DNA of 21,129 nt from an uncultured bacterium (GTDB lineage: Bacteria > Zhuqueibacterota > QNDG01 > DTFT01). The position numbers were made by a program, and so were the translations under genes. The notes beneath the pieces are model-generated. The model was not told the DNA's origin, did not search any database, and was given only the letters and a program-made list of their open reading frames with translations. This document shows positions 6,801-16,259 of the stretch, piece by piece (within the stretch, counting starts at the first letter, position 1; each line of letters starts with the position of its first letter). Location of the stretch: contig CAVTNR010000016.1 in the NCBI GenBank assembly GCA_963736115.1, positions 1-21,129 on the forward strand, in the 5' to 3' direction.

Positions 6801-8417
6801 CTAATCCGGCAGACGGTCCCAATCCTCGGTTTTTCCGTCCGTGTAGTAGGTCTCGAACCGGATCCGTGTACGCGATCCGAGGGACGCCAACCACGGGCAT
6901 TGCGGGAGTTCGAAGACCAGGGTGTTTCCGTCCCTCCTTCCCAGAACCTCCGTATCGGATTGACTCCCCCCCTGTCCGGACAGCTCCCATACAGCCAGTT
7001 GCCCTATCGTCAGCGGATCGTCGGATATGGGATAGGAATCCGGCGGTTTGAAGTGAGTCAACTCAACGCTGACCTCGTCGGCCCCGTCTCCGTTCACGTC
7101 GAAAAAGGCGGCCCATCGGTATTCCTGCCGGTTATCAGGCACATTTTTCTGGCAGAAGGAAAGCCGCTTCGGAAAATCGGAAAGTTTCAGGCGTATCTCC
7201 AGGCCGTTTCCCTGCCGTGAAACAGACGCGGCCGTCAGATCGATGAAACGATGACTCGCATCTCCGGCGCTATCGGACCAGACCGCCGAATCCTCGAACG
7301 AACCGCTTCCCTGATCCGGGGATCCGCCCGGTTCCGGCGATTCCGCGGGTTCGGGCCGGTCTTCCACCAGATCCGCGGCATGATCTCCCTTCATCGCCTG
7401 CTCGATATCCTCGTACACCGATTCCGGTTCATAGGCATCGGCCCATTCCCGGATAACGCTCTCGATTTCGAGGTATTCCGGCTTTTTCATTTCGTCCGAT
7501 AAAAGATTCAGCACACCCTTAAAATTCATATGCCTGGTGGTGCGCCCCCCACGGACGATGGAGACGTATGAGTCATCCTCCGAAACGGTCCAGCCGTATC
7601 CGTTCAGCTTCTTGAAAACCGCCTTCTTCGAATCCTCATAGGAACGGATGAGGTCCGACACATCCCGGTCTGTTTCCAGGAACGTGTGGCACCAGGCCTT
7701 GTTTCCCAGGATGGTCCAGTATGTTCCGGGATAATGCTGCTTCGCGTACATCAGGTATCTTAAAATGTACAGTCTGAACTCGAGGCTTCCGTACAGGGTG
7801 CTGTTCACGCCCTGAAAATAATCGTGCCAGTTCGCGTCCTTTCCCTTCGTTTCGTAGTACCCCAGAAGATCAAAGGACGCCCGGGTGCCGAGGGTATAGC
7901 TGTTCATCTCGTCGAGAAGCCCGTAAATTCCTTCGTTCTGTGTGCTCTGTATTGTGTTGGATGTGTTGATGTAAGTGTCGAAACGGAACGTTTTCAGGTG
8001 TTCGGGAAACTCGGGGACCATTTCGATGGACGGGAACGTCTTGGTCTTGCGCATCAGCGTGAAGCTCCCTCCCCGATGATAGAAGTAATCGTACTCATAG
8101 AACACCTCGGAAAATCGGCCGTACTTTTTCTTCAGGATTTCCCTGCCGATAAAAGTGTGCGCGGTGTGGTTCTCCTCGTGCACGACGGTGTTGATGGAGT
8201 TCAGGCACGCCTTCTCGTCGCTTCCGTCGATCATGGAAGTGAAATCCGTCTCGGATATAGCGGGCCGAAGGGGCATGCATTGCCGGACGATTCTGGAGCC
8301 GTCCGGACAGTAGGTGTCGAGAAGTCGAAGCGTTGTGTTCTTGAGGGTCTCGTTGTTTCCCGCGGTTGCCTGGGAAAACAGGAGGAACGCGCACAGGGCT
8401 GACCATTTTACGGGCAT
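6801..8417 (-). CDS. Secreted hypothetical protein with HExxH motif (possible zinc metallopeptidase)
   Basis: Signal peptide (..FSQATA), VVHEENHTAH, downstream LLDEMNSY, acidic Pro/Ser linker and a beta-rich C-terminal domain. Confidence 0.7.
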   Translation of the reverse strand: MPVKWSALCAFLLFSQATAGNNETLKNTTLRLLDTYCPDGSRIVRQCMPLRPAISETDFTSMIDGSDEKACLNSINTVVHEENHTAHTFIGREILKKKYGRFSEVFYEYDYFYHRGGSFTLMRKTKTFPSIEMVPEFPEHLKTFRFDTYINTSNTIQSTQNEGIYGLLDEMNSYTLGTRASFDLLGYYETKGKDANWHDYFQGVNSTLYGSLEFRLYILRYLMYAKQHYPGTYWTILGNKAWCHTFLETDRDVSDLIRSYEDSKKAVFKKLNGYGWTVSEDDSYVSIVRGGRTTRHMNFKGVLNLLSDEMKKPEYLEIESVIREWADAYEPESVYEDIEQAMKGDHAADLVEDRPEPAESPEPGGSPDQGSGSFEDSAVWSDSAGDASHRFIDLTAASVSRQGNGLEIRLKLSDFPKRLSFCQKNVPDNRQEYRWAAFFDVNGDGADEVSVELTHFKPPDSYPISDDPLTIGQLAVWELSGQGGSQSDTEVLGRRDGNTLVFELPQCPWLASLGSRTRIRFETYYTDGKTEDWDRLPD

Positions 8418-8453
8418 GGAGGGGACTCCGTCAATATTTGAGTGTGCTATCGT

Positions 8454-8542
8454 ATGCGGAAGGCGGAGCCTTCCGGGTTGTTCGCCCTAAGGCAGAGCTC
8501 TGGGGCGATCCCAAATGGATCCCCGCTTTCGCGGGGATGACA
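8454..8542. repeat. Composite REP-like element, copy 2
   Basis: First 25 bp identical to 6662-6686; degenerate second hairpin to 8506; then AATGG-ATCCCCGC-TTTC-GCGGGGAT-GACA (8514-8542). Confidence 0.8.
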
Positions 8543-8560
8543 TGAATTGGATACGCTCCT

Positions 8561-9304
8561 TCACCGCCGGAAATCAGCCATTGCCTTGTAGAAGTCGTCC
8601 GTGAATCCGAAATGCGCGGTGAAAACGACCCGGACATCGGTCAGGCCGGCCAGCTTTTTCAGGGAGTGCTTCTGATTTTCGTTGTCCATATTGATGGCCC
8701 GGCTGAAAATGGCGGCTTTACCGTCCTTCAGGCGCATGGTGTCGCCCGTGAACAGAAGGCTCCCGTTCACCAGGTAGCAGACCGCGCCGGGTGTGTGGCC
8801 CGGCGTGTGAATGGCCGTGACCTTCAGGCCGGCGGCCTCCACGGTTTCATAGTCGCGGATCTGCGTGTGTGGCCCGATCGGCTTGTTCCGGATGAACAGG
8901 AACCGGGCCGTATGCCCGTCGATCATCTGTTCTTCCTGGTCTCCGAGATACGCGACTGCATTCGTGAACGCAGGCAGTCCGGACGCGTGATCCGAGTCGC
9001 CGTGCGTCAGGAAAACAGCTTCCACGTTGGCGGGATCAAGCCACAGCTTCCCCATTTCCTTCCGTGCGCTGTCCGGATCTATGCCCGCGTCGAACGCGAT
9101 GATTCCGGAGGGACCCCGCACCAGGAAGAAATTCACGTACCGGTCGCGGACCGCGAAAACGTCGGGTACGACTTCACTGGTTTCGATTGGAGTCATGGAA
9201 TGCATGGTGCGAACGACCGTCGCGATGCGTATCCCGAAGGGAACGATGAAAGCCGCCAGCGCCAGCCCGGCGATGATCAGAATACGTTTGACAGGTTTTT
9301 TCAT
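8561..9304 (-). CDS. MBL-fold metallo-hydrolase with N-terminal membrane anchor
   Basis: LTHGDSDH, HTPGHTPG, FTGD, TAH motifs. Start placed at MKKPVKR (9304, AAGGGA RBS); the longer ORF reads through a REP. Confidence 0.9.
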   Translation of the reverse strand: MKKPVKRILIIAGLALAAFIVPFGIRIATVVRTMHSMTPIETSEVVPDVFAVRDRYVNFFLVRGPSGIIAFDAGIDPDSARKEMGKLWLDPANVEAVFLTHGDSDHASGLPAFTNAVAYLGDQEEQMIDGHTARFLFIRNKPIGPHTQIRDYETVEAAGLKVTAIHTPGHTPGAVCYLVNGSLLFTGDTMRLKDGKAAIFSRAINMDNENQKHSLKKLAGLTDVRVVFTAHFGFTDDFYKAMADFRR

Positions 9305-9341
9305 GTGCTGTCCCTTTTGTTGGTCATCCTTGACGTCATTT

Positions 9342-9370
9342 AATGGATCCCCGCGTACGCGGGGATGACA
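9342..9370. repeat. REP-like palindrome (GTCATCCCCGC-type)
   Basis: AATGGATCCCCGCGTACGCGGGGATGACA, 27/29 identical to 8514-8542; both differences are in the loop. Confidence 0.85.
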
Positions 9371-9415
9371 CACCTGACTACCTCCACATGATTTCCCCAC
9401 TCCGTGAAAGCCCGC

Positions 9416-11680
9416 TCACGGCATCGGGACGAGTCCCTCGGCTTTCACTTTCCACTTACCGTCCTTCGGAAACCCGGGCGCAGGAACAGCGGGCGCGCCG
9501 TCCCAGCCTCCGGCCATCATCGCGATCGCTGCGAGAAGCCCTCCGTTGCCCGGCAGGTAGAGTGGCAGTTGGGACGTCTGGAAATTGTGTCCGTTGTTCA
9601 GGTACCGGTTTTTCCGCGTGTCGAGAAGCAGGGACCGGACCGCCAGATCCGGCCTGCCGCAGCGGGCCGCGGTCATGGCCATGAGCGGATAATCCCATCC
9701 CCAGGTGCTTTCCCAATCCCAGTCCGCCAGCACTTTTTCCAGGGTCCGGACCATGGCGGACGTGTCCACAGCCGCGCCTCCGGTCCCGTCGCCTTTCGAA
9801 AATCCCGGAAGCATGCCGAATGCCCCGAGCATGGAGGGATGATCCCTTCGCTGGGAAGAATCCGCAAATGTGGTTATCGCGGTTTCCGTGTTCTGGTACA
9901 GGCCATCCGCAATGGGCAGGCCCGGCAGGCCAGCCAGCACCGCGTCCCATTCCCGTTTCCGTTCCAGTCCGAAGCGTTCGCGCCAGGCCTGGGCCGTTCT
10001 GAGTCCCCAGGCCCAATAGGCCAGTTCAAAGGTTGGATTGGACGTGGAATCAGGCGGATGAATTTCCTGCGCGGGGATGAGCGGAGGCCCGAGGTGATAA
10101 TGTCCGGTTTTCGTGTCCGGACGGCAGTAGGAGGCCATGAATTCCGCGGTGGCGGACACGAGGTCCCGGTACCGCTCCAATACGGATGGCTTGGATTTCG
10201 ATCGATACAGGAGTTCAGCATAATAGATCGGGTGCGGCTGCTGCCAAACCAGGTAAACGCCGATTTCGGACGGGCTCTCCCGGCCGTCGGGATCCGTCAT
10301 CTTGGGCCACCGGCATCCTCTGTATCCCTGCGCTTCCGCGGTTTTCTGCGCAACCGGCTGAATCCGCTGATACCAGACGAGGCTTTTCTCCAGAAGATCG
10401 GGCCTGCCCCACAGGGTGAAATGGGCCGCGTGCCACCAGTGCATTTCCAAATGGAATTTGCCGAACCAGGAATTGCAGGTCAGTCCGGTTTCCTGCGGGG
10501 GTATGGAGCCCGCGCATTGGACAGCAGTGAGATAACGGGAGAGGATCACGCGTCTTTCGAGTTCGGACGCGGCCGGATCGCGGCTTCCGGAGAAATCAAC
10601 TGCCGCACCCGTATTCCAGAACTGTCGCCATCCTCTCCGCGAAGCTTCCAGTACCTGATCCGCGACTGGAAGCCGTTTCGTTTCTTTTTGAATGGCATAC
10701 CTGCAGACAAAGGAGAACCGTTCCCGTCCCTGGACTGAAAGCAGGAACGCATGGGGCCCTGTCCTCCGGAAGGCGCCGCCTTTCTCCCATCGGATAGAGA
10801 CGAAAAAAGTATCCGTGTCCAGGATTCTCCGGAGCAGGACCGAACGGCCGTCCTGCGGGATGATTTCAGAAACATGCTTTTCCGGACTGTCCCAGTCCGC
10901 TCCGTCCCCTCCCCAATCTCCGGATCCATACGGGAACTCGAAAACCACGGAAAGCCGTCCGTTTCTCAGCAGTGGGGAGCGGAAACGGGCCGCGACCGCG
11001 TCCAGTTCCGGATGGCATGCGGTTTCCACGGACACGGTTTCGTCCTGTACCCGGAAAGCGCTGGACAGAATACCGCTCCGGATATCCAGCGTCTGCCGGA
11101 TATCCGTCAAATCCCGCAGCACAGCATCGGCTCCATCCTCATCCGTGATCCGGAATCCGATGCGGCCCAGGTTCAGCCTGTGGGGGTTGGCCCTCAGCCA
11201 GCGGCCGGCCGGGCTCGCCTGCTCAGCGGCATAGCCCACGGACCGTCCGTCCGCTGAATGGAAACGCAGGGTCTGTTCAAGACTGTATCCTTCGGGATTT
11301 GGGAAGGAATGCCAGCCCCACTGGGACTGGGTGGAAAGCGGAATCCCTTCCTGGTACGCTTTTGGGAAGGACTGGAGTCCCGTGGCGTCCGCAGTAAAAG
11401 CGAATTCGCCGTTGCCGACCGTGAACGGGGAAAGTGGATCAAAGGAGTGGACTGAGGGATTGTGCCTGGCCGTGATGGCGAGTCTGTCGATTTTTCCAAA
11501 CGCATTGGAAGCAATCAGGAGAACGACACAGGCCGTAATACATGCCGTTCCGGATAGGATACCACGGGCGAGATTGCTTCGCCCCGCCTTGCGGGGCTCG
11601 CAATGACATGCATTTGAACTGGTAACGATCATTATTCGCCCGGGGCGAATACCCCGGGCGATCACGGCTTTTTTACTCAC
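9416..11680 (-). CDS. Secreted six-hairpin glycoside hydrolase (GH65/GH95-like)
   Basis: VGNGEFAFTADATGLQ, PQETGLT.NSWFGKFHLEMHWWH, TWGWDYP, YLPGNGGLL motifs; GTG start overlaps the GH31 stop (GTGA). Exact family not resolved. Confidence 0.8.
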   Translation of the reverse strand: MSKKAVIARGIRPGRIMIVTSSNACHCEPRKAGRSNLARGILSGTACITACVVLLIASNAFGKIDRLAITARHNPSVHSFDPLSPFTVGNGEFAFTADATGLQSFPKAYQEGIPLSTQSQWGWHSFPNPEGYSLEQTLRFHSADGRSVGYAAEQASPAGRWLRANPHRLNLGRIGFRITDEDGADAVLRDLTDIRQTLDIRSGILSSAFRVQDETVSVETACHPELDAVAARFRSPLLRNGRLSVVFEFPYGSGDWGGDGADWDSPEKHVSEIIPQDGRSVLLRRILDTDTFFVSIRWEKGGAFRRTGPHAFLLSVQGRERFSFVCRYAIQKETKRLPVADQVLEASRRGWRQFWNTGAAVDFSGSRDPAASELERRVILSRYLTAVQCAGSIPPQETGLTCNSWFGKFHLEMHWWHAAHFTLWGRPDLLEKSLVWYQRIQPVAQKTAEAQGYRGCRWPKMTDPDGRESPSEIGVYLVWQQPHPIYYAELLYRSKSKPSVLERYRDLVSATAEFMASYCRPDTKTGHYHLGPPLIPAQEIHPPDSTSNPTFELAYWAWGLRTAQAWRERFGLERKREWDAVLAGLPGLPIADGLYQNTETAITTFADSSQRRDHPSMLGAFGMLPGFSKGDGTGGAAVDTSAMVRTLEKVLADWDWESTWGWDYPLMAMTAARCGRPDLAVRSLLLDTRKNRYLNNGHNFQTSQLPLYLPGNGGLLAAIAMMAGGWDGAPAVPAPGFPKDGKWKVKAEGLVPMP
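11570..11607 (-). repeat. REP-like palindrome inside the coding sequence
   Basis: Minus strand GTCATTGCGAGCCCCGCAAGGCGGGGCGAAGCAATCTC, translated in-frame as CHCEPRKAGRSNL. Confidence 0.75.
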
Positions 11681-13935
11681 CGAACGCTGAGTTCCAGACG
11701 CGCGTCCATGCGGCTCGGGAGCTCACACACTGCCATCTTCCGCCTGGTATCGTATCGCAAACGGACCGGCCTGCCATTCAACACGGATGACAGGGGCTTC
11801 GCATCGCATCGTATCTCCACGGATGCGGCGGACGACAGGATTGGACACTCGAGCACGACTGAATCGTCCGTCCGACTCAACTTCATCTGTTTTTCCCTGT
11901 CTCCGTCGAATGCGTCCACATAATCGAACACCGCCGAATCCCCCGGCCCGCCCGGGAACGCGTGAATCACGATTCTTCCGCTGTCCTTCAATTCGCCCTT
12001 CCACTTCCGTGAATTTCCGCGGAAGATGTCGCCTGTGACGTACAGCGCATTCTCCCGCACATAAACGGGTATGGCGTCCACGGGAGGATTCACAGTGAAA
12101 GAGACGGGGCCGCCATACTCGGCCGCGGGATTGCCGAACTCGAACCATCGGCCCTCGGGCAGATAAACCCAACGCTTCGGATCCGGGGAGAAAACGGGCG
12201 CGACCAGAAACGCGCCGCAGAACATGTACTGGTCCCAGAGGTCCGCGGTCCTGCCGTCGGCCGGCCATTGGTAGGCCATGGGCTGCATCAGAACGCCGTT
12301 CCGATAGGAAGTGTTGGCCCATGAATACACGGTGGGCAGAAGGTCCATACGCAATTCGCAGGCGTCGCGGAAAACCTTCTGCAGGGATACCGGATATTTC
12401 CACGGCGGCCTGTCCTCCCCTTCCCCTCCGGAACCGTCGATCTTGATTTCGAACAGCCCGCTCCACGCGCTCCACTGCAGCCAGCGGCTGTACAGGGTTT
12501 CGTCGATGCGTCCCGGACCCAGGTAACCGCCCGTGTCCGATCCCCACATTGGGAACCCCATGAAGCCGCACCGCACGGCATTGGCCTGATTTCCGGCCAT
12601 TCCCTTCCAGTTCGAACGGCTGTCCCCGCCCCATACCGCGCTCAGGAAAGGCTGGCACCGGTGAAAAGCGGCTCTCGCGAAATTGAACTGGTCCGCGCCG
12701 TGTGCGCGGGAGAGAAATTCATGGATGGTCTTCGAGTAGAGATAAACGTACTTGTTCCGCGATTCGGATTCCCGCACCCGTTCGTGCCAGGGCTCGGTGA
12801 ACGGAAAATTTTCATCCGCGCGGTCCATCTTGTGGCCCCGGACACCGACCGCGTACTGAAGGCTCAGCCTCTTTTCGAATTCGGCGAGACCTGCGGGATC
12901 CGTCAGGTCCATATACCCCCGGTATCCGGGCAGAAGGCCGGGGAAACCGGTGTCCTGGAACGTCATCGGCCCGACCCATGTCATGAAACGGAGCCCGTAT
13001 TCGCCGGACAGGGTCCTGATCCACTTTTCCGGATCCGCGAACTTGTCCGAGAAATCCATGCGCGACCATTCGTTCGCGCCGTTGCTGTAGGGCCGGTCGA
13101 CCCAGCAGGCCGTGAGCGGAATGCGCAGGTCCGTGAAACGCCGGGCGTCGTCGAGAATCTCGTCCTTGCCGCCCCGGTTGAGGTCCCGCCAGAACACCGG
13201 GCCGCAGGCCCAGAGGGGAATAGATTTGGGCCGGCCGATGACCCGGAAATACTGCTCGTGTATGCGGCCCCCGTCCGGCCCGAAGAACAGGTACCAGTCC
13301 AACGCGTCCGATTGATGCTCGATGGAGGTGATGCCATCGATCGCGAAACCGTATCGGCCCCTGGCGAATGTGTCGAAAAACGAGCCGAATCCGGCCGTAC
13401 TCATGAAGAAAGCGGAATATGCCGATGCGTAATTCTCCGCAAAATCGCGGCTGCCCTCGCCGTACACGTCCACGTCCACGACCCGGCCCCGCAGGTCCGG
13501 ATTGAGCGCATTGTCCGGGACCAGCTTTTCGATGAGGCCGTAATAATGTTCGCCCCGGTCCTTTATCCGAACGGTGATATGCTCGAAGGAGGGATGGGCG
13601 GCTTGAAAATGCAGGCCGTCCCCGTTCCGGGAAACGGTCAGATCCAGGAAAACCGGAAAATCCCGGTGGAAACCGTCGCCTTCCGCGAAGCGCAAACCCA
13701 GGACCATCGTGTCCAGGGACGATTCCTTCACGAACATGGAGTCCGGACGGACAAAGTTGAAGGCGAACGTCAGTCCTTCGACCGGGACTCCGCCGTCCTT
13801 GAGAATGTCCAGGGTAACGTGCCCGATGCCGACGGTGAAAGGCCCGGACGTCCAGGTTTGCGAAGGTACTGCTTCACCCGGGCTGAAAAGGATCAGAACC
13901 AGGAACGGGATGAGTCTGCGGCAGGGAAAACGCAT
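11677..13935 (-). CDS. Glycoside hydrolase family 31 (alpha-glucosidase/xylosidase type), secreted
   Basis: GHKMDRADE (nucleophile region), VWGGDSRS (acid/base), WGSDTGGY, DQYMFCGAFLVAPV, VYLPEGRW. Start placed at MRFPCRR (13935, AAGGA RBS). Confidence 0.9.
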   Translation of the reverse strand: MRFPCRRLIPFLVLILFSPGEAVPSQTWTSGPFTVGIGHVTLDILKDGGVPVEGLTFAFNFVRPDSMFVKESSLDTMVLGLRFAEGDGFHRDFPVFLDLTVSRNGDGLHFQAAHPSFEHITVRIKDRGEHYYGLIEKLVPDNALNPDLRGRVVDVDVYGEGSRDFAENYASAYSAFFMSTAGFGSFFDTFARGRYGFAIDGITSIEHQSDALDWYLFFGPDGGRIHEQYFRVIGRPKSIPLWACGPVFWRDLNRGGKDEILDDARRFTDLRIPLTACWVDRPYSNGANEWSRMDFSDKFADPEKWIRTLSGEYGLRFMTWVGPMTFQDTGFPGLLPGYRGYMDLTDPAGLAEFEKRLSLQYAVGVRGHKMDRADENFPFTEPWHERVRESESRNKYVYLYSKTIHEFLSRAHGADQFNFARAAFHRCQPFLSAVWGGDSRSNWKGMAGNQANAVRCGFMGFPMWGSDTGGYLGPGRIDETLYSRWLQWSAWSGLFEIKIDGSGGEGEDRPPWKYPVSLQKVFRDACELRMDLLPTVYSWANTSYRNGVLMQPMAYQWPADGRTADLWDQYMFCGAFLVAPVFSPDPKRWVYLPEGRWFEFGNPAAEYGGPVSFTVNPPVDAIPVYVRENALYVTGDIFRGNSRKWKGELKDSGRIVIHAFPGGPGDSAVFDYVDAFDGDREKQMKLSRTDDSVVLECPILSSAASVEIRCDAKPLSSVLNGRPVRLRYDTRRKMAVCELPSRMDARLELSVR

Positions 13936-14038
13936 GTCGGTCCTTTGAATCTGTTGTGAAGAAACCATATTATATTCGCTCACATCCCCCGCCGCCCGCT
14001 GCGCGGGATCCAGCTATTATTTGCCTACTTGTTGAAGA

Positions 14039-14140
14039 CCCCGCTTTGCGGGACCAATTTATTATATTTCTAGAGTATTGAAGGCAAGCGGCGGGCCTTC
14101 AATCAGTAAAAATCGTGCTGCTTGGTCCCGCGAAGCGGGG
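14039..14140. repeat. Inverted pair of REP-like palindromes around a central hairpin (REPIN-like)
   Basis: CCCCGCTTTGCGGGACCAA (14039-14057) and TTGGTCCCGCGAAGCGGGG (14122-14140) are 18/19 inverted; ATTGAAGGC-N9-GCCTTCAAT lies at 14077-14103. Confidence 0.7.
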
Positions 14141-14232
14141 GAATGCGCTCGCTGATAGATTCACGGAACGGAATCGTTCGCAGTACGGTGACGGATGACT
14201 TGACGGAGACGGCGGCCTGAACGGAGGCCGGT

Positions 14233-15807
14233 TCACTCGAAGTTCATGAAATCGAAGTCCGCGAATCCGCCGTCCGCGGCCACATTCGGATTCACGCAGA
14301 ACAGTCCGACTTTCGAGCCGATCCACATCCCCTTCTGCGCCCGGAAGGGCAAGCCGATCGGCTCCCACGACTTCCCATCCGCGCTCCACGAGAAAGCGCA
14401 GATCGCGTTTTCATCCACGCGGACACGGAGACTGCAGGCCCCTGTGGGCATGGGAACGGATGCCTCCCGCACCGTGGCATCCTCGGCGCGTTTGTACCGG
14501 CCCCGTTCCAGAACGAGGCGGGTTTCTCCGTTGTTCCGGGTCAGTCCAAGCGCCGCCCATTCCGTGCCCATGACCGTGAGTCCCGCCTTTTCCCCGTCCG
14601 ACTCCGGATGGAACGACATCGCAGTCGTCACGGTGAAGGACGGGGCGGGGATTTTCTGAAGGAGCAGGTTGGGCACGAACCAGAAATTGCCGTTCTGCGA
14701 CGGGGACCGCACCGCGGACAGCCTCAGGCTTCCCGGGTTCGCGGAAAGGGACCACCAGTCGTCCGAGGGATTGGCGTGCCACTGCCATTGCGGGTTCAGG
14801 GCCGGCCCGCTGAAATCGTCCGAAGTCCGCGGCTGCATGGGTTTGACCTTGCCGGCGATGCGGGGCTTTCGGAATTGCGTCACCGGCTCTCCGATACCAT
14901 CCCCGTCCGGGTCCGCGCCGATCACGGGCCATCCGTCCGTCCATGCCGCGGGCTGGAGGTGCACGACGCGGCCGTAGGGTCCGCGGTCCTGAAAATGCAT
15001 GAACCACCATTCGCCCGATTCCAGTTCCACAAGACCGCCCTGATGCGGGCCGTTGATTGCGGTACCGCCCTGATGCATGACGGTCCGCGCCTCATAGGGG
15101 CCGAGGATGTTCTTCGAACGCAGCGCGGTCTGCCAGCCGCCGGTCACGCCGCCGGCCGGAGCGAGTATATAATACCAGCCGTCCTTCTTGAGGAATTTGG
15201 GACCTTCGATGGTGGGCTGATGGAGCGTGTCGCAGTAGATGACCGTTCCGTTGTCGAGCAGTCGCTCCCCGTCGGCGCTCATCCGGTGCAGGATCAGCAC
15301 ATCCGCGTGCAGTTTGCTCCGGATCAGCCAGGCGCTTCCATCGTCGTCCCAGAAGGGGCAGGGATCCTCCCACATCTCGACCGCTGTGACGTGACGCAGG
15401 GTATAAGGGCCGGCGGGGTCTTCGGCCCTGGCCATGAACAGGCCCTCGTGCGGTGTGCAGAAATAGACGAAAAAATGACCGTCATGAAAACGGATGGAAG
15501 GCGCCCAGGATCCCTGGCCGTGCGCCGGTTTGTCGAACTTCTCGAACGGCAGGCGTTCGTACACGTGTCCGAGCAGGGTCCAGTTGACAAGATCCCGCGA
15601 GTGCAGGACCGGGATGCCCGGCATGCAATTGAAGCTCGAGGCAACCAGGTAGAAGTCCTCGCCGACGCGGATGACGTCCGGGTCCGAATAATCGGCGAAC
15701 AGCACGGGATTTTGATACCGGCCGTTCCCCAGGTCCGGATTCCACATCCGGCCGTGCAGACCGGCGGCCACGGCCAGGGTCAGAACCAGAGAGCTGATTC
15801 GCTTCAT
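14233..15807 (-). CDS. Glycoside hydrolase family 43 (beta-xylosidase/arabinofuranosidase type) with C-terminal beta-sandwich
   Basis: DYSDPDVIRVG, WAPSI, WEDPCPFWD, IEGPKF, GPHQGG. Start placed at MKRISS signal peptide (15807, GGAG RBS). Confidence 0.93.
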   Translation of the reverse strand: MKRISSLVLTLAVAAGLHGRMWNPDLGNGRYQNPVLFADYSDPDVIRVGEDFYLVASSFNCMPGIPVLHSRDLVNWTLLGHVYERLPFEKFDKPAHGQGSWAPSIRFHDGHFFVYFCTPHEGLFMARAEDPAGPYTLRHVTAVEMWEDPCPFWDDDGSAWLIRSKLHADVLILHRMSADGERLLDNGTVIYCDTLHQPTIEGPKFLKKDGWYYILAPAGGVTGGWQTALRSKNILGPYEARTVMHQGGTAINGPHQGGLVELESGEWWFMHFQDRGPYGRVVHLQPAAWTDGWPVIGADPDGDGIGEPVTQFRKPRIAGKVKPMQPRTSDDFSGPALNPQWQWHANPSDDWWSLSANPGSLRLSAVRSPSQNGNFWFVPNLLLQKIPAPSFTVTTAMSFHPESDGEKAGLTVMGTEWAALGLTRNNGETRLVLERGRYKRAEDATVREASVPMPTGACSLRVRVDENAICAFSWSADGKSWEPIGLPFRAQKGMWIGSKVGLFCVNPNVAADGGFADFDFMNFE

Positions 15808-15943
15808 ATTGCGGCTCCCGGATGATATTGGACTGCGGGCGCTTTCTTCCAGCCGAAGCGCGTACTTCCCCTCCCCGCAGGACTTATGTCGCGGTTCCAC
15901 CCGGTAAGCGGACCCAGCCGCGGCTGAAACCGGTGCCGCGCTT

Positions 15944-16171
15944 TTACTGCGCGGATTCGCCGGAAATGATCTTGACCGCCCGGCCCACGTCATTCGGGGG
16001 AAGATCAGGCGGAACCGCGGGCCGGCCCAGTTTCTGAAAAATCATGAACCGGGCGCACTTGGAATTGTCGCCCAGGCAGTATGCGTTCTTCATCATGTCC
16101 GCGACCGCGGGCATTTTGGCCATCTGGTCGTTGAAGAAGAGGCATCCCTTGAGCAGTTCGCAGTCGGCCAT
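15944..16171 (-). CDS. Small four-cysteine hypothetical protein
   Basis: 75 aa with C-x5-C..C-x6-CAR and VPPDLPPND; strong GGAGG RBS. Confidence 0.75.
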   Translation of the reverse strand: MADCELLKGCLFFNDQMAKMPAVADMMKNAYCLGDNSKCARFMIFQKLGRPAVPPDLPPNDVGRAVKIISGESAQ

Positions 16172-16259
16172 TTTTCCCTCCCGGGTTGTGAGAGTGAGTC
16201 GGTGGATGCTTTACATGAGTTAGCCGTCCGGTTGATGGACGTACGGATTTTTCTGATAA

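Noticed and set aside
8431-8637. 68-aa ORF containing VIPAKAGIH
   Set aside because: This is a translation of the REP elements and overlaps the MBL gene.
8561-9304. Calling the MBL-fold gene a beta-lactamase
   Set aside because: The motif is HGDSDH in a generic glyoxalase II-like fold; nothing supports beta-lactam specificity.
15808-15993. N-terminal extension of GH43 to 15993
   Set aside because: It overlaps the small cysteine protein gene; the RBS and signal peptide support ATG 15807.
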